Positions 15,538 through 25,742 of a DNA stretch of 61,938 nucleotides are shown one piece after another. The stretch's first letter is position 1; every line of letters begins with the position of its first letter. Source of the DNA: an uncultured Planctomycetia bacterium (GTDB lineage Bacteria; Omnitrophota; Gorgyraeia; Duberdicusellales; 4484-171). The translations under genes and the position numbers were made by a program. The notes under the pieces were generated by a model that did no database searches, was not told where the DNA came from, and saw only the letters and a program-made list of their open reading frames with translations. Location: positions 83,613 to 145,550 of the forward strand of contig CAZVQU010000003.1 of the NCBI GenBank assembly GCA_964629655.1, written 5' to 3'.

Positions 15538-16281
15538 ATGATGACTAGGCCAGTAGATATCAGAGATAGAGAAAGAGAGATTTTGGGTTTGATCATTGAT
15601 AGTTATATCGAAGAATCAAGACCTATAAGTTCTGCTTATCTTTGCCGAAAACACCACTTACATTGTTCTTCGGCTACAATAAGAAATATCATGGTTTCGT
15701 TAGAGAGGCAGGGGTTTCTCTCCCACATATATACTTCGTCGGGGAGAGTTCCTACTCAAGAAGGTTTTAGGCGTTATATTGAGAACTTTGGTGATCAGGA
15801 CAATCTTCAAGAGTACTCAGTAAGCCTAGGTCTTTATGCCATGCCTTCACCGAGCATAGAGGAAGTGGTTAATCACACCCTAGATGCTCTGGTGCAGCTT
15901 AGCGGCTATACCTCCTTAATGGCAGTTTCCGGCAGGGACGAGAAGGTGTCCTTTCGAGGAATGCGGTTTATGTTAGAACAACCAGAGTTTGAGGATGTTA
16001 GCAGGCTTAAGGATATATTCTATGCTCTTGAAGTAAAGATGGAAGCATTGCAGAATTTACTTTTTGATTGTATTGATGATAAAATTCGGATACTGATTGG
16101 TGACGATATTGGCTTCGAGGAGATTTCTAATTGTTCTTTAATCGTATCTGGTCTTCGCGAGAAAGATCTGTCATTTGCTTTTGCACTGCTAGGTCCGATG
16201 CGGATGAACTATAATAGGGCAGCCTCATGCTTACATTCCGTGAAGAATCAGTTTAAGGAAACAGTCGAAAGCTTTATATAA
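15538..16281 (+). CDS. hrcA: heat-inducible transcription repressor HrcA (short form)
   Basis: N-terminal winged helix 'REILGLIIDSYIEESRPISSAYL...SSATIRNIMVSLERQGFL', with CIRCE upstream and grpE/dnaK downstream. Confidence 0.8.
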   Translation: MMTRPVDIRDREREILGLIIDSYIEESRPISSAYLCRKHHLHCSSATIRNIMVSLERQGFLSHIYTSSGRVPTQEGFRRYIENFGDQDNLQEYSVSLGLYAMPSPSIEEVVNHTLDALVQLSGYTSLMAVSGRDEKVSFRGMRFMLEQPEFEDVSRLKDIFYALEVKMEALQNLLFDCIDDKIRILIGDDIGFEEISNCSLIVSGLREKDLSFAFALLGPMRMNYNRAASCLHSVKNQFKETVESFI

Positions 16282-16296
16282 ATTGGTAAAGATGAG

Positions 16297-16884
16297 ATGA
16301 AGAAGAAAGACAAGAGCAAGCAGGTTAAAGAAAAGCAGGATTACAAAGAGCTTTGGGATAAGTATACCAGGCTTGGAGCCGAGTTTGACAATTACAAGAA
16401 AAGGTCATTCAAGGAGAAAGCCGATTTTGTTAAGTTTGCCAATGAAGGCCTTATTGTTGAACTCCTGGGTATTTTGGATAATTTCGAGAGAGGCATAAAG
16501 TCCGCTGAGCAGAAGAAGGATTATGACCTTTTGCATCAAGGTGTAGATATGATTTCTAAACAGCTGCATAGCCTGCTTGAGACTAAGGGCTTAAGCCGGA
16601 TAAAGTCAGTTGGCCAGAAGTTTGACCCTCATCAGCATGAGGCTGTTGAAGTGGTAGAGGGCGATGATGAGGGTGCTGTTATTGAAGAATTACAATCAGG
16701 ATACCTGTTAAGTGGACGAATTATAAGACCGGCAAAGGTTAAAGCCACAAAAGTAAAACAGGTAAGTGAAGTGGAGAAAAAAGAAGAGGAAGAAAACAAT
16801 AAAGAAAAGGAGCAGGAGCATGAAGAGATTGAAAAAAAAGAAGACATAGAAGAAAATGTGGAAGATAATAACGATTTAAATTAG
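16297..16884 (+). CDS. grpE: nucleotide exchange factor GrpE
   Basis: 'AEFDNYKKR', 'FDPHQHEAV' and 'RPAKV' motifs. The tail is acidic. Confidence 0.85.
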   Translation: MKKKDKSKQVKEKQDYKELWDKYTRLGAEFDNYKKRSFKEKADFVKFANEGLIVELLGILDNFERGIKSAEQKKDYDLLHQGVDMISKQLHSLLETKGLSRIKSVGQKFDPHQHEAVEVVEGDDEGAVIEELQSGYLLSGRIIRPAKVKATKVKQVSEVEKKEEEENNKEKEQEHEEIEKKEDIEENVEDNNDLN

Positions 16885-16952
16885 ATACTTCGGGTATTTC
16901 ATGCCCTCAGTATAATTTTCCGCCTAGGGTGGATCATTTAGGAGGTAAAAAA

Positions 16953-18860
16953 ATGGCAAGAGTAATAGGAATCGATTTAGGGACATCAAATTCATCAGCG
17001 GCAGTGATGGAGGGCGGTCGACCGGGAATTATACCTTCAGCTGAAGGTGCCGGGGTTGCTAGCGGTAAAGCCTTTCCGTCAGTAGTTGCTTTTACAAAAG
17101 ACGGCCAAAGGTTGGTTGGCGAGCCAGCAAAAAGACAAGCAGCAGTTAATCCTGAAGGTACTGTCTTGGCTGCCAAAAGAAAGATCGGAACAGATTTTAA
17201 ATTTAATGTTTACGGAAATGAATATACACCACAGCAAATCTCAGCGTTCATCCTACAAAAGATAAAAGCTGATGCTGAAGGCTATCTTGGCGATACGGTA
17301 AAGGACGCGGTAATTACTGTACCAGCTTATTTTAATGATAATCAAAGGCAGGCAACAAAAGATGCTGGCACAATTGCCGGTTTGAATGTCTTAAGAATTA
17401 TCAACGAGCCCACAGCCGCCTGTTTAGCTTACGGATTAAATAAGGTAGGTAAAGAGCTAAAAATTATGGTATTTGATTTTGGTGGTGGTACTTTAGACGT
17501 TACCATAATGGAGATGTGGGCTGAAGGTGGTTTTAAAGTTCTCGCAACCCATGGTGATACCCATCTTGGCGGAACGGACATGGACAACCTTTTAATCAAC
17601 TACATAGCTGATGATTTTAAGAAGCAGACCGGAATAGATTTACGAAATGATAAGATGGCAATGCAGAGGTTGCGTGAGGCAGCCGAGAAGGCAAAAATTG
17701 AGCTTTCCAGCACCCTCACTACTGATATCAACTTACCTTTTATAACCGCAGATTCCAGCGGACCTAAGCATCTTACGATGTCAATAAACCGGGCTAAGGT
17801 AGAGGAATTAGTGATGCCGATAGTTAGTAAGTGTAAGTCTCCGGTGGAGAGTGCTTTTAGCGATGCTAAACTCTCAGCTTCTGATATTGACAAGGTTATC
17901 ATGGTTGGTGGTCCTACCCGGATGCCTATTGTTCAGAAGTTTGTCGAGGATTATGTTGGCAAGAAGATAGAGCGCGGCATAGATCCTATGGAGTGTGTTT
18001 CAATGGGTGCGGCAGTTCAGGCGTCAATAATTACCGGAGACACTAAAGATGTTCTTCTCCTTGACGTTACGCCTCTTTCATTAGGCATTGAGACTCTTGG
18101 CGGAGTATTTACTAAGCTTATTGAGAGGAATACTACCATTCCTACCAAAAAGGGTCAGGTCTTCTCAACCGCAGAAGATAACCAACCAGCAGTAACAATT
18201 AGAGTATTGCAAGGAGAGAGGCAAATGGCAGCTGATAATACTGAGCTGGGGCGGTTTGATTTGGTTGGTATACCGGCAGCGCCTCGTGGCCTGCCTCAGA
18301 TTGAAGTTACCTTTGATATTGATACCAACGGAATAGTCCACGTGCATGCTAAAGACAAAGGAACCGGAAAGGAACAGTCTATAAAGATAACAGCACCTGA
18401 TAAGTTATCTGAAGAAGATATTGAAAAAATGGTTAAAGAAGCGGAAAGCTTTGCCGAAGAAGATAAGAATAAGAAAGAGTCAGTTGAGTTAAAAAACAAG
18501 GCTGATACAGCAGTTTATGCTACCGAGAAATCCTTGAAGGATTTCGGAGATAAGGTGTCAGACGACGAGAAGAAGAAAATCCAGGAGAAGCTAGATGCTT
18601 TAAGAGAAATACTTAAAAAGTCAGATTCTGGCAAGGAAGAAATTCAAAAAGCACTAGATGAATTGACCCAGGCTTCGCATAAGTTAGCCGAGCAGATTTA
18701 TAAGGCTAGCGCTCAGGCTAAAGATCAAGGAGCTGGAGCTGGGGCTGGAGATCAGGGTCCAGGTGCCGGAGCCAAGCAGTCAGGGGAAGGGGAAAAGAAA
18801 CCCGGAGATGACGAAGTCGTTGATGCCGAGTACAAGGAAGAGAATAGCGATAAGTCATAA
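16953..18860 (+). CDS. dnaK: chaperone DnaK (Hsp70)
   Basis: '[10 protein letters not shown]', 'DFGGGTLDV' and 'VGGPTRMP'. ATG at 16953 follows a ggagg RBS. The ORF-track start at 16929 is a likely over-extension. Confidence 0.95.
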   Translation: MARVIGIDLGTSNSSAAVMEGGRPGIIPSAEGAGVASGKAFPSVVAFTKDGQRLVGEPAKRQAAVNPEGTVLAAKRKIGTDFKFNVYGNEYTPQQISAFILQKIKADAEGYLGDTVKDAVITVPAYFNDNQRQATKDAGTIAGLNVLRIINEPTAACLAYGLNKVGKELKIMVFDFGGGTLDVTIMEMWAEGGFKVLATHGDTHLGGTDMDNLLINYIADDFKKQTGIDLRNDKMAMQRLREAAEKAKIELSSTLTTDINLPFITADSSGPKHLTMSINRAKVEELVMPIVSKCKSPVESAFSDAKLSASDIDKVIMVGGPTRMPIVQKFVEDYVGKKIERGIDPMECVSMGAAVQASIITGDTKDVLLLDVTPLSLGIETLGGVFTKLIERNTTIPTKKGQVFSTAEDNQPAVTIRVLQGERQMAADNTELGRFDLVGIPAAPRGLPQIEVTFDIDTNGIVHVHAKDKGTGKEQSIKITAPDKLSEEDIEKMVKEAESFAEEDKNKKESVELKNKADTAVYATEKSLKDFGDKVSDDEKKKIQEKLDALREILKKSDSGKEEIQKALDELTQASHKLAEQIYKASAQAKDQGAGAGAGDQGPGAGAKQSGEGEKKPGDDEVVDAEYKEENSDKS

Positions 18861-18930
18861 GTTTTAGGCCTTAAGTTAAAAGAATTTATTTTTAAAAACT
18901 TAGAGCTAAAACTTGAAAAAATAAACAATA

Positions 18931-20022
18931 ATGAGCACTAAGAAGGATTACTACGATATTCTAGGCCTTTCAAAGGGGGCTGGAGTTGATGAAATCAAAA
19001 AAGCTTACCGGCAGCTGGTTATGAAGTATCACCCTGACCGGGTCGAATCTGCAAAAAAGAAAGAAGCTGAGGAGAGATTTAAAGAAATTTCTGAAGCTTA
19101 CGCTGTTCTGAGTGATCCTGCGAAAAAGCAATTGTATGATCAGTATGGGCATGCCGGAATCGATTCCCGCTATACTACTGAGGATATTTTCCGCGGTGCA
19201 GATTTTTCAAGTATCTTTGGTAATTCCGGAGGGCTTGGCGATATCTTTGAGCAGCTCTTTGGTGGTTCAGGGTTTGATATTTTCGGAGGCCGCAGCGCTT
19301 CCAGAAGCCGAAGAGGAACCGGAGAGGACATGCAGCTTCAGGTAAGTATTAGTTTAGAAGAGGTGAGCAGTGGAGTAGGAAAGGACATTACTTTTCATCG
19401 TCACGACAAGTGCAAATCTTGCAATGGGAGTGGTGCTGCTACCGGTTCATCAAAAGAGGCCTGTGCAACCTGCAGAGGAGCCGGAACAGTTCGTGCCGGT
19501 CTAGGAGGCTTTATAAATTTTGCCCAAACCTGCCCAAATTGCGGCGGTGAGGGAAAGGTTATTAAAGATCCTTGTAGGAGTTGTTCCGGGCAAGGAAGAG
19601 TAAGGGGTAGCAAAAAACTCAAAGTAAGTATTCCCAAAGGTGTAGATACGGGGTCAATCTTAAGGTTAAGGAGTGAAGGAAACTTTGCTGGTAGTGGTAG
19701 AGGTGACCTGTATGTTTATATAAATGTCCGGCCACACCCAGAATTTGCAAGGGATAGAGATAATATACATTGTAAAGTTGAACTAGGAGTATTACAAGCA
19801 GTTTTAGGTGCAGAAATTGATGTTCCGACTCTTTACGGAAAGGTCAAGATGAAAATTCCCCCTGGCACTCAACCTAATACAGTATTTAGGTTAAAAAATA
19901 AAGGAGTTGCGAATTTACGTAGTAATCGTCTTGGTGATGAGCTAGTGGTTGTTGAGATAAAAATACCTAAAAAGTTATCATTTCGGCAGAGGTCATTGTT
20001 CAAAGAATTGGCAAAGCTGTGA
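18931..20022 (+). CDS. dnaJ: co-chaperone DnaJ
   Basis: J domain 'KKAYRQLVMKYHPDR', a G/F region, and four CxxCxGxG zinc motifs. Confidence 0.95.
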   Translation: MSTKKDYYDILGLSKGAGVDEIKKAYRQLVMKYHPDRVESAKKKEAEERFKEISEAYAVLSDPAKKQLYDQYGHAGIDSRYTTEDIFRGADFSSIFGNSGGLGDIFEQLFGGSGFDIFGGRSASRSRRGTGEDMQLQVSISLEEVSSGVGKDITFHRHDKCKSCNGSGAATGSSKEACATCRGAGTVRAGLGGFINFAQTCPNCGGEGKVIKDPCRSCSGQGRVRGSKKLKVSIPKGVDTGSILRLRSEGNFAGSGRGDLYVYINVRPHPEFARDRDNIHCKVELGVLQAVLGAEIDVPTLYGKVKMKIPPGTQPNTVFRLKNKGVANLRSNRLGDELVVVEIKIPKKLSFRQRSLFKELAKL

Positions 20023-20060
20023 AGAGGAGAATAAAAGAGCATAATCCATAGGAGAGTAGT

Positions 20061-20327
20061 ATGCCGACATATGATTATGAATGTTTAAAATGTGGTATTA
20101 ATTTTGAAGCCTTTCAGAAAATGAGCGATGAGGCTCTTGACGCATGTCCTCAATGTCGTGGTAAGGTGAAGAGGCTGATTAGCTCCGGCTCAGGGATAAT
20201 TTTCAAAGGTAAAGGCTTTTATGCTACTGATTACAAGAAATCCAACGAGCCCAGTGTCAAAAAGCAAGTAAATACCCCTTGTGCAGGATGTGATCAATCC
20301 GGATGCAAGCAAAAAAATAAGGAGTAG
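20061..20327 (+). CDS. FmdB-family zinc-ribbon protein
   Basis: 'MPTYDYECLKCG...CPQCRG' is the CxxC_CxxC_SSSS pattern. Confidence 0.7.
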   Translation: MPTYDYECLKCGINFEAFQKMSDEALDACPQCRGKVKRLISSGSGIIFKGKGFYATDYKKSNEPSVKKQVNTPCAGCDQSGCKQKNKE

Positions 20328-20329
20328 CA

Positions 20330-21529
20330 ATGCGGTCGTTTGTGGTTAAACCTTTTTGTGCAACCTACTATAATACTTTGCGCATTAAGGATCAGTCAAA
20401 TGTTATTTGCCCGCCTTATGACGTTATCAGCAAGAAGCAATTAAGTTTCTTGAGAAAGAAATCCCCCTATAACTTTTCTCATGTTCTCATTGCCGATAAG
20501 AAAAATTATCGAGAAAAAGGTGCCATTTTAAACAAGTGGGTTAAGAAAGGAATTTTGATCGACGATTCCCAGGAGAGCTACTATCTTTATGAGCAGAAGT
20601 TTAAAGTCGAAGGTAAACTATTTATGCGTTTTGGTATTCTTTCGCTCTTGCAGATGGATAAAAAAGGCATTTTCCCCCATGAACATACCTTAACAGCGCC
20701 TAAAAAGGATAGGAAAAAAATTATAAGAGCAACCAAAGCTAATTTGAGCCCGATATTCATTATTGCTACCAAACGCCTGGATGAGTTTGCCAAGATCTAT
20801 AAGATTTACTCTAAAAAGAAATCCCTGTTTAAGTTTAAAGACAATGACAATAACCCAAATCGGGTTTGGAAAATCTCCGATAAGAAAGATATTACTAAAC
20901 TCGCAAGGGCAATAGGCAAGTGTAAGCTGGTCATAGCTGATGGCCACCATCGCTTTGAAATCACCTATGATTATTTTAAAAAGAACAAGAATAGATTCAA
21001 GGACCTTAACTATATCTTATCCTATGTTACTGATTGTCAAAAGGGCCTGAATATCATGCCTACCCATAGAGTGGTTACGATTGCGGATAAAGATAAAGAG
21101 TTCTTTGGAAAATTAGACAGATACTTTAAAGTTGAGAAGGTTACTCAAAGTAGACTTGAGGAGAAGCTAAAGAGTTATTCGGGATTTAACTTAGGTATTT
21201 GTAAGAAGAATCAGTGCTATTTCTTGAGCTTAAAAAGTCGGACAACCTTGAATAAAATACCTAATAAATTGTATCGAGAGCTCGACACTTATCTCTTGCA
21301 TCAGCTTGTTTTGCCTTTATTTGAGGCAAAGGGTGCAATTGAATATACTCATAGCCTTAGCGAAGCAAAAAAGATGGCGAGTGGAAAAAAAATTGCCTTT
21401 GTTTTAAGAGCAGTTCCTCTGGATGCTGTGTTTAAAATATCAAGTCAAGGCTTTAGGCTACCTCAGAAATCAACATATTTTTATCCTAAAGTTGCTTCAG
21501 GCGTTACAATAAGGAGATTTAAACCTTGA
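20330..21529 (+). CDS. DUF1015-family protein
   Basis: 'ICPPYDVIS' and 'ADGHHRFE' motifs as I recall for DUF1015; about 400 aa. Confidence 0.6.
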   Translation: MRSFVVKPFCATYYNTLRIKDQSNVICPPYDVISKKQLSFLRKKSPYNFSHVLIADKKNYREKGAILNKWVKKGILIDDSQESYYLYEQKFKVEGKLFMRFGILSLLQMDKKGIFPHEHTLTAPKKDRKKIIRATKANLSPIFIIATKRLDEFAKIYKIYSKKKSLFKFKDNDNNPNRVWKISDKKDITKLARAIGKCKLVIADGHHRFEITYDYFKKNKNRFKDLNYILSYVTDCQKGLNIMPTHRVVTIADKDKEFFGKLDRYFKVEKVTQSRLEEKLKSYSGFNLGICKKNQCYFLSLKSRTTLNKIPNKLYRELDTYLLHQLVLPLFEAKGAIEYTHSLSEAKKMASGKKIAFVLRAVPLDAVFKISSQGFRLPQKSTYFYPKVASGVTIRRFKP

Positions 21530-22365
21530 GGATATTTAAAAAGCCATTTGGCGATAGCCCTAAGAAAAAAAAGAAGAATATTCCTGACGGGTTATGGAGT
21601 AAGTGCCCCAAGTGTTCTCACTTAATTTTTAGCAAGATTTTAAACGAGAATTTAAAAGTATGTCCCAAGTGTAACTACCATTTCCTTCTTACTTGCTGGG
21701 GTAGAATAGAACTGCTTGCCGATTCCGGTAGCTTTAGAGAACTAGCCCAAGATCTGAACTCCTCTGATCCTTTACGATTTTCTGGACCCAAAACCTACCA
21801 GCAAAAATTGGAGGAAGCAAGAGATGAGACCGGTCTAAAAGCTGCCGCAGTTGTTGGTGAGGCTACGATCGATGGCAAGGAGATAGCTTTGGCAGTTACT
21901 GATTCTCGTTTTATTATGGGTTCAATGGGGTCGGTGGTCGGAGAGAAGATAACTCTTATTGCTGAGAATGCTTTGGCTAGAAGAGTGGCTCTAGTGATTA
22001 TTTCGGGTTCTGGCGGTGGTGCTAGGATGTATGAAGGCATGCTTAGCCTTATGCAAATGGCAAAAACCAGCGGAGCCTTATCGCTTCTTAAGAAGGAGAA
22101 CGTGCCTTTTATTTCTGTGCTTACCCATCCGACCATGGCTGGGGTAATGGCCTCATTTGCCGGATTAGGCGACGTGACTATCGCTGAACCTGATGCTTTA
22201 ATTGGTTTTACTGGACCGCGGGTGATAAAACAGACCATAAAACAAGATTTGCCTAAGGGATTTCAGACTTCGGAATTTAATTTAGAGCACGGCCTTATAG
22301 ATTTAGTTGTGCATAGAAAAGAGCTAAAAGCTACCATTGCAAAGTTAGTTCATTATTTGACTTGA
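21526..22365 (+). CDS. accD: acetyl-CoA carboxylase carboxyltransferase beta subunit
   Basis: N-terminal zinc finger 'CPKCSH...CPKCNYH' and 'GGSMGSVVGEK'-like 'MGSMGSVVGEK'. Confidence 0.9.
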   Translation: MRIFKKPFGDSPKKKKKNIPDGLWSKCPKCSHLIFSKILNENLKVCPKCNYHFLLTCWGRIELLADSGSFRELAQDLNSSDPLRFSGPKTYQQKLEEARDETGLKAAAVVGEATIDGKEIALAVTDSRFIMGSMGSVVGEKITLIAENALARRVALVIISGSGGGARMYEGMLSLMQMAKTSGALSLLKKENVPFISVLTHPTMAGVMASFAGLGDVTIAEPDALIGFTGPRVIKQTIKQDLPKGFQTSEFNLEHGLIDLVVHRKELKATIAKLVHYLT

Positions 22366-22398
22366 CAATTTTTAGTTTAAAACTTAAAATTTTAACTT

Positions 22399-23502
22399 AT
22401 GGCAGAAGTAAAATTAAAAAACGTATTTAAGACCTACAAGGGTGATGTCCCGGCAGTCAAGGATGTGAATCTCGAGATTAAAGACCGGGAGTTTGCAGTT
22501 TTGGTTGGTCCTTCTGGCTGTGGCAAATCCACTACTCTTCGGATGATAGCCGGCCTAGAGACTTCTTCTAAGGGCGAGATTTATGTAGGGAGGAGGTTGG
22601 TCAATAATGTTCCGCCCAAAGACCGCAATATTGCCATGGTTTTTCAGAACTATGCCCTTTATCCTCATATGGATGTTTACAATAATATGGCTTTTGCGTT
22701 AAGGCTGCGTAACTATCCAAAAACAGATATTGATAAGAGGGTTAAAGATGCCGCTGAGATTTTAGGTATAAACCATCTGATTGGCAGAAGACCAAAAGAG
22801 ATTTCTGGTGGTGAGCGTCAAAGAGTTGCTGTGGGAAGAGCGATTGTAAGAAAACCCTATGTTTTCCTTTTTGATGAGCCGCTGAGCAATCTTGATGCTA
22901 AGATGCGGGTGCAAATGCGTACTGAACTCCACAAGCTACATTTAAAGATTCAAACCACAATGATTTACGTAACTCATGATCAAACCGAAGCTATGACTTT
23001 AGGGGATCGTATCGCGATTATGAAGGACGGAGAAATTTTACAATTCGATACCCCTCTAAATGTTTACGATAATCCGGCAAGTAAGTTTGTTGCTGGTTTT
23101 ATCGGATCCCCGCCGATGAATTTCATGAAGGGGATTGTCGTCAAAAAAGATGGGAGTCTGTATTTCGATGAAGGAAGTTTTAAGGTCAAGATATTAGAAC
23201 AGATGTATCCGTCTCTAGAGAAGTATATTGACAAAAGCATTATCTTTGGCATTCGTCCAGAGAACATTTACGATAAGCTCTTTGCCTCATACGCAACAGC
23301 CGATAATACTCTAACGGTTCTTTGCGATGTTATGGAAACAATGGGATCAAGAAATTATCTTTATCTCTCTACCGGAAAGCATACTGTCATTGCGGTGGTT
23401 GATGCTTCTAATAAGCCCACTATTGGGAGTATGGTTGAGGTAGTTTTCGACATGGAGAAGGTTCATTTTTTTGATCCTTCAACAGAATATACCATTGTAT
23501 AA
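22399..23502 (+). CDS. ABC transporter ATP-binding protein, MalK/UgpC-like
   Basis: Walker A 'GPSGCGKST', signature 'ISGGERQRV', Walker B 'FLFDEPLS', and a C-terminal TOBE-like extension. No permease gene is adjacent. Confidence 0.8.
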   Translation: MAEVKLKNVFKTYKGDVPAVKDVNLEIKDREFAVLVGPSGCGKSTTLRMIAGLETSSKGEIYVGRRLVNNVPPKDRNIAMVFQNYALYPHMDVYNNMAFALRLRNYPKTDIDKRVKDAAEILGINHLIGRRPKEISGGERQRVAVGRAIVRKPYVFLFDEPLSNLDAKMRVQMRTELHKLHLKIQTTMIYVTHDQTEAMTLGDRIAIMKDGEILQFDTPLNVYDNPASKFVAGFIGSPPMNFMKGIVVKKDGSLYFDEGSFKVKILEQMYPSLEKYIDKSIIFGIRPENIYDKLFASYATADNTLTVLCDVMETMGSRNYLYLSTGKHTVIAVVDASNKPTIGSMVEVVFDMEKVHFFDPSTEYTIV

Positions 23503-24754
23503 CTTTTTTACTTTTATAATTCTGTTTTTTCTTGCCGTTGTTCCCCTAGTTTTTACCTTTCTAGGTAAGGTTAGCTTCACTACCTTCCTTTTGTCAATTC
23601 TGGTTGTTGGGATTTCGCTTTTTGTTTTTCATAAATTAAAGTTAGGAGTACTCTCCAGGAGTAAGAGCGAGCTTGAGGCCGAAGAGGAAAAAATTAATCT
23701 TTTGTCTGAGAATATCGCTGCTAAAGAAGAAATTCTTCAATTTCTCCCACAGATTCGTCGAAAAGCATCCTTTCTTTTTAACGTTTCCCAAAGTTTGATT
23801 GAGCTGACTGATCGTGAGCAGATTCATGATTTTATTATTAACACCTTAGGTGAGCTTTTTCCGCAGGCTGACGGCATTCTATTTTTTGGTTTTAACAAGG
23901 AGAGGGATTCTTTGAGTTTATTGCGCTCCCTGAAGCGCAAGCACTCAGTAGTTAAAGAGAAAAAAGGCGGGGTTATAGATAAATGGGCGCTGCATCATAA
24001 TCGTTCTTTATTGATAGAGGATTTAACTAAAGATTTTCGCTTTGATGCCAGTAAGATCGAGGCTTATAGGGGGCGTGGTGCACAGTCTTTTATTGTTAGC
24101 CCACTTTCCATAGACCATCGTCTCCTGGGTATTGTTAGGGCTGAAAGTAATCAGCCGTCAAACTTCACACTTGATGATTTACGTTTTTTGCGTAATATCT
24201 GTGACTTGGGAACTATAGTTTTAGAGCGGGTTAACCTTTTTTCCCGTGCCCAGGATTTAGCGATAAAGGATTCTTTAACAACTCTTTACCTAAGAGAATA
24301 CTTTTTTGATCGATTGGAGGAAGAGCTTAACCGGGCCCGGAATAAAGGAAGCAAAATAGGAGTTATCATGTTAGATATTGATGACTTCAAGAAGATCAAT
24401 GATGACTATGGCCATATTGTCGGCGATTTCGTGCTGAAAAAGCTAGCTAAAATCCTGGTTAATGTTGCCGGAGGGGCTGGTAATCTTATTTCTCGTTTTG
24501 GTGGGGAAGAATTCATAATTTCTATTCCCGAATGCAGCAGGAAGGAGTTAGTGCGTATAGGCGAGGAAATCCGTAGAAGAATCGAAGAGGCCGAACTAAC
24601 TTTTCGCCGGAAAAAAATAAATTTCACAGTATCGCTAGGAGCCATTCTTGCTCCTAGTGAGGCAGAAGATGTTAAAAAACTAACCCAAAGAGTCGATAAG
24701 CTACTATATAAAGCAAAAAAGGAAGGAAAAAACAAGTTATGTCTTTCCCCGTAG
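23471..24754 (+). CDS. membrane-anchored GAF-GGDEF diguanylate cyclase
   Basis: N-terminal TM helices and 'RFGGEEF' in the active site. The TTG start overlaps the upstream gene by 32 nt, so the start is uncertain. Confidence 0.7.
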   Translation: MILQQNIPLYNFFTFIILFFLAVVPLVFTFLGKVSFTTFLLSILVVGISLFVFHKLKLGVLSRSKSELEAEEEKINLLSENIAAKEEILQFLPQIRRKASFLFNVSQSLIELTDREQIHDFIINTLGELFPQADGILFFGFNKERDSLSLLRSLKRKHSVVKEKKGGVIDKWALHHNRSLLIEDLTKDFRFDASKIEAYRGRGAQSFIVSPLSIDHRLLGIVRAESNQPSNFTLDDLRFLRNICDLGTIVLERVNLFSRAQDLAIKDSLTTLYLREYFFDRLEEELNRARNKGSKIGVIMLDIDDFKKINDDYGHIVGDFVLKKLAKILVNVAGGAGNLISRFGGEEFIISIPECSRKELVRIGEEIRRRIEEAELTFRRKKINFTVSLGAILAPSEAEDVKKLTQRVDKLLYKAKKEGKNKLCLSP

Positions 24755-25710
24755 TAATCAGCTCACTATTTATAACCTTTTTGATTGAAGAGTATCTTTT
24801 TTTCAAGAAGCTTAAGAAAAGGTGCAAAGATGAGAAGAAAAAAGTGGCCCAAGAATATTTTAATTTGGAAAAAATACAAAAGACCTTGGAAGAAAAGGTT
24901 AAGCGGTTAGAGGGTAGCCTTTCTGAGCGTTTTTTACTCTACGATTTGACAAGGAAGATTACTCCGATTTTGAGCAAGAAGGAGTTATTTAGTGCCTTTA
25001 CCGATGAAATAAAACATCTTGGGAAGGTAGATATGGTCAGATTTTCTAACTTAGGCGATAGCAGTAAAGGGGTTTTAAAATTTGAACTAGGTAATGGTAA
25101 GGGGGAGGCCCTAGAGATAGGCACAAAGTCTAAAAATGTAACTGAGTATATGCCATATTTCGTAAAGCTGTTGAAGCTATGCTTGGAAAGAATAAAGCTT
25201 TATGATGAACTACAGGAGTTATCGATCCATGATTCTTTGACAAAGATTTATAATCGTCGGCACTTCATGTTCCGCTATAAGGCTGAGTTTCAACGAGCCG
25301 TAAAGTTTAAGCTAAATATAGCATTCTTAATGATTGATATCGATCATTTCAAAAAAATAAACGATACTTACGGCCATTTAGTTGGTGATGCGGTTTTAAG
25401 AGAGGTGGCAAGGATAATACGGGAAAATTTACGTGAGATTGATTTTCTTGCCAGATTTGGCGGAGAGGAATTCTCAGTAATTTTACCGGAAACGGATAAA
25501 GCCAGTGCAATAATGGCTGCTGAACGTATAAGCACAAAGGTTTCCCGAGAAAGAATAATAGTTTTTGATGAGACTCTGAGCGTAAACGTGAGCGTAGGTG
25601 TGGCAACATTTCCTCAGAATGCTTTACATCCAGACGTCCTTATTGAAGTCGCCGATAAGGCGTTATATAAGGCTAAACTCTCGGGAAGAAATAGAGTCTG
25701 TTGGTTTTAG
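24739..25710 (+). CDS. GGDEF-domain diguanylate cyclase
   Basis: 'DIDHFKKINDTYGH' and 'RFGGEEF', with one N-terminal TM helix. Confidence 0.75.
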   Translation: MSFPVVISSLFITFLIEEYLFFKKLKKRCKDEKKKVAQEYFNLEKIQKTLEEKVKRLEGSLSERFLLYDLTRKITPILSKKELFSAFTDEIKHLGKVDMVRFSNLGDSSKGVLKFELGNGKGEALEIGTKSKNVTEYMPYFVKLLKLCLERIKLYDELQELSIHDSLTKIYNRRHFMFRYKAEFQRAVKFKLNIAFLMIDIDHFKKINDTYGHLVGDAVLREVARIIRENLREIDFLARFGGEEFSVILPETDKASAIMAAERISTKVSRERIIVFDETLSVNVSVGVATFPQNALHPDVLIEVADKALYKAKLSGRNRVCWF

Positions 25711-25742
25711 TAAATAATTTTAGTTGAAATTCTCATTATTGC

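Noticed and set aside
18715-18790. Nucleotide-level repeat 'ggagctggagctggggctggag...ggtgccggagcc' at the dnaK 3' end
   Set aside because: It encodes the low-complexity [15 protein letters not shown] linker typical of DnaK C-termini, so it is not an independent repeat element.
16934-22238. Antisense or alternate-frame ORFs inside dnaK, dnaJ, DUF1015 and accD (for example 17600..17902(-), 19112..19345(+), 21795..22238(-))
   Set aside because: They lie wholly inside strongly supported genes and have low-complexity or Ser/Pro/Ala-rich translations typical of shadow ORFs. The same reasoning applies to the other short overlapping ORFs in the track throughout the core block.
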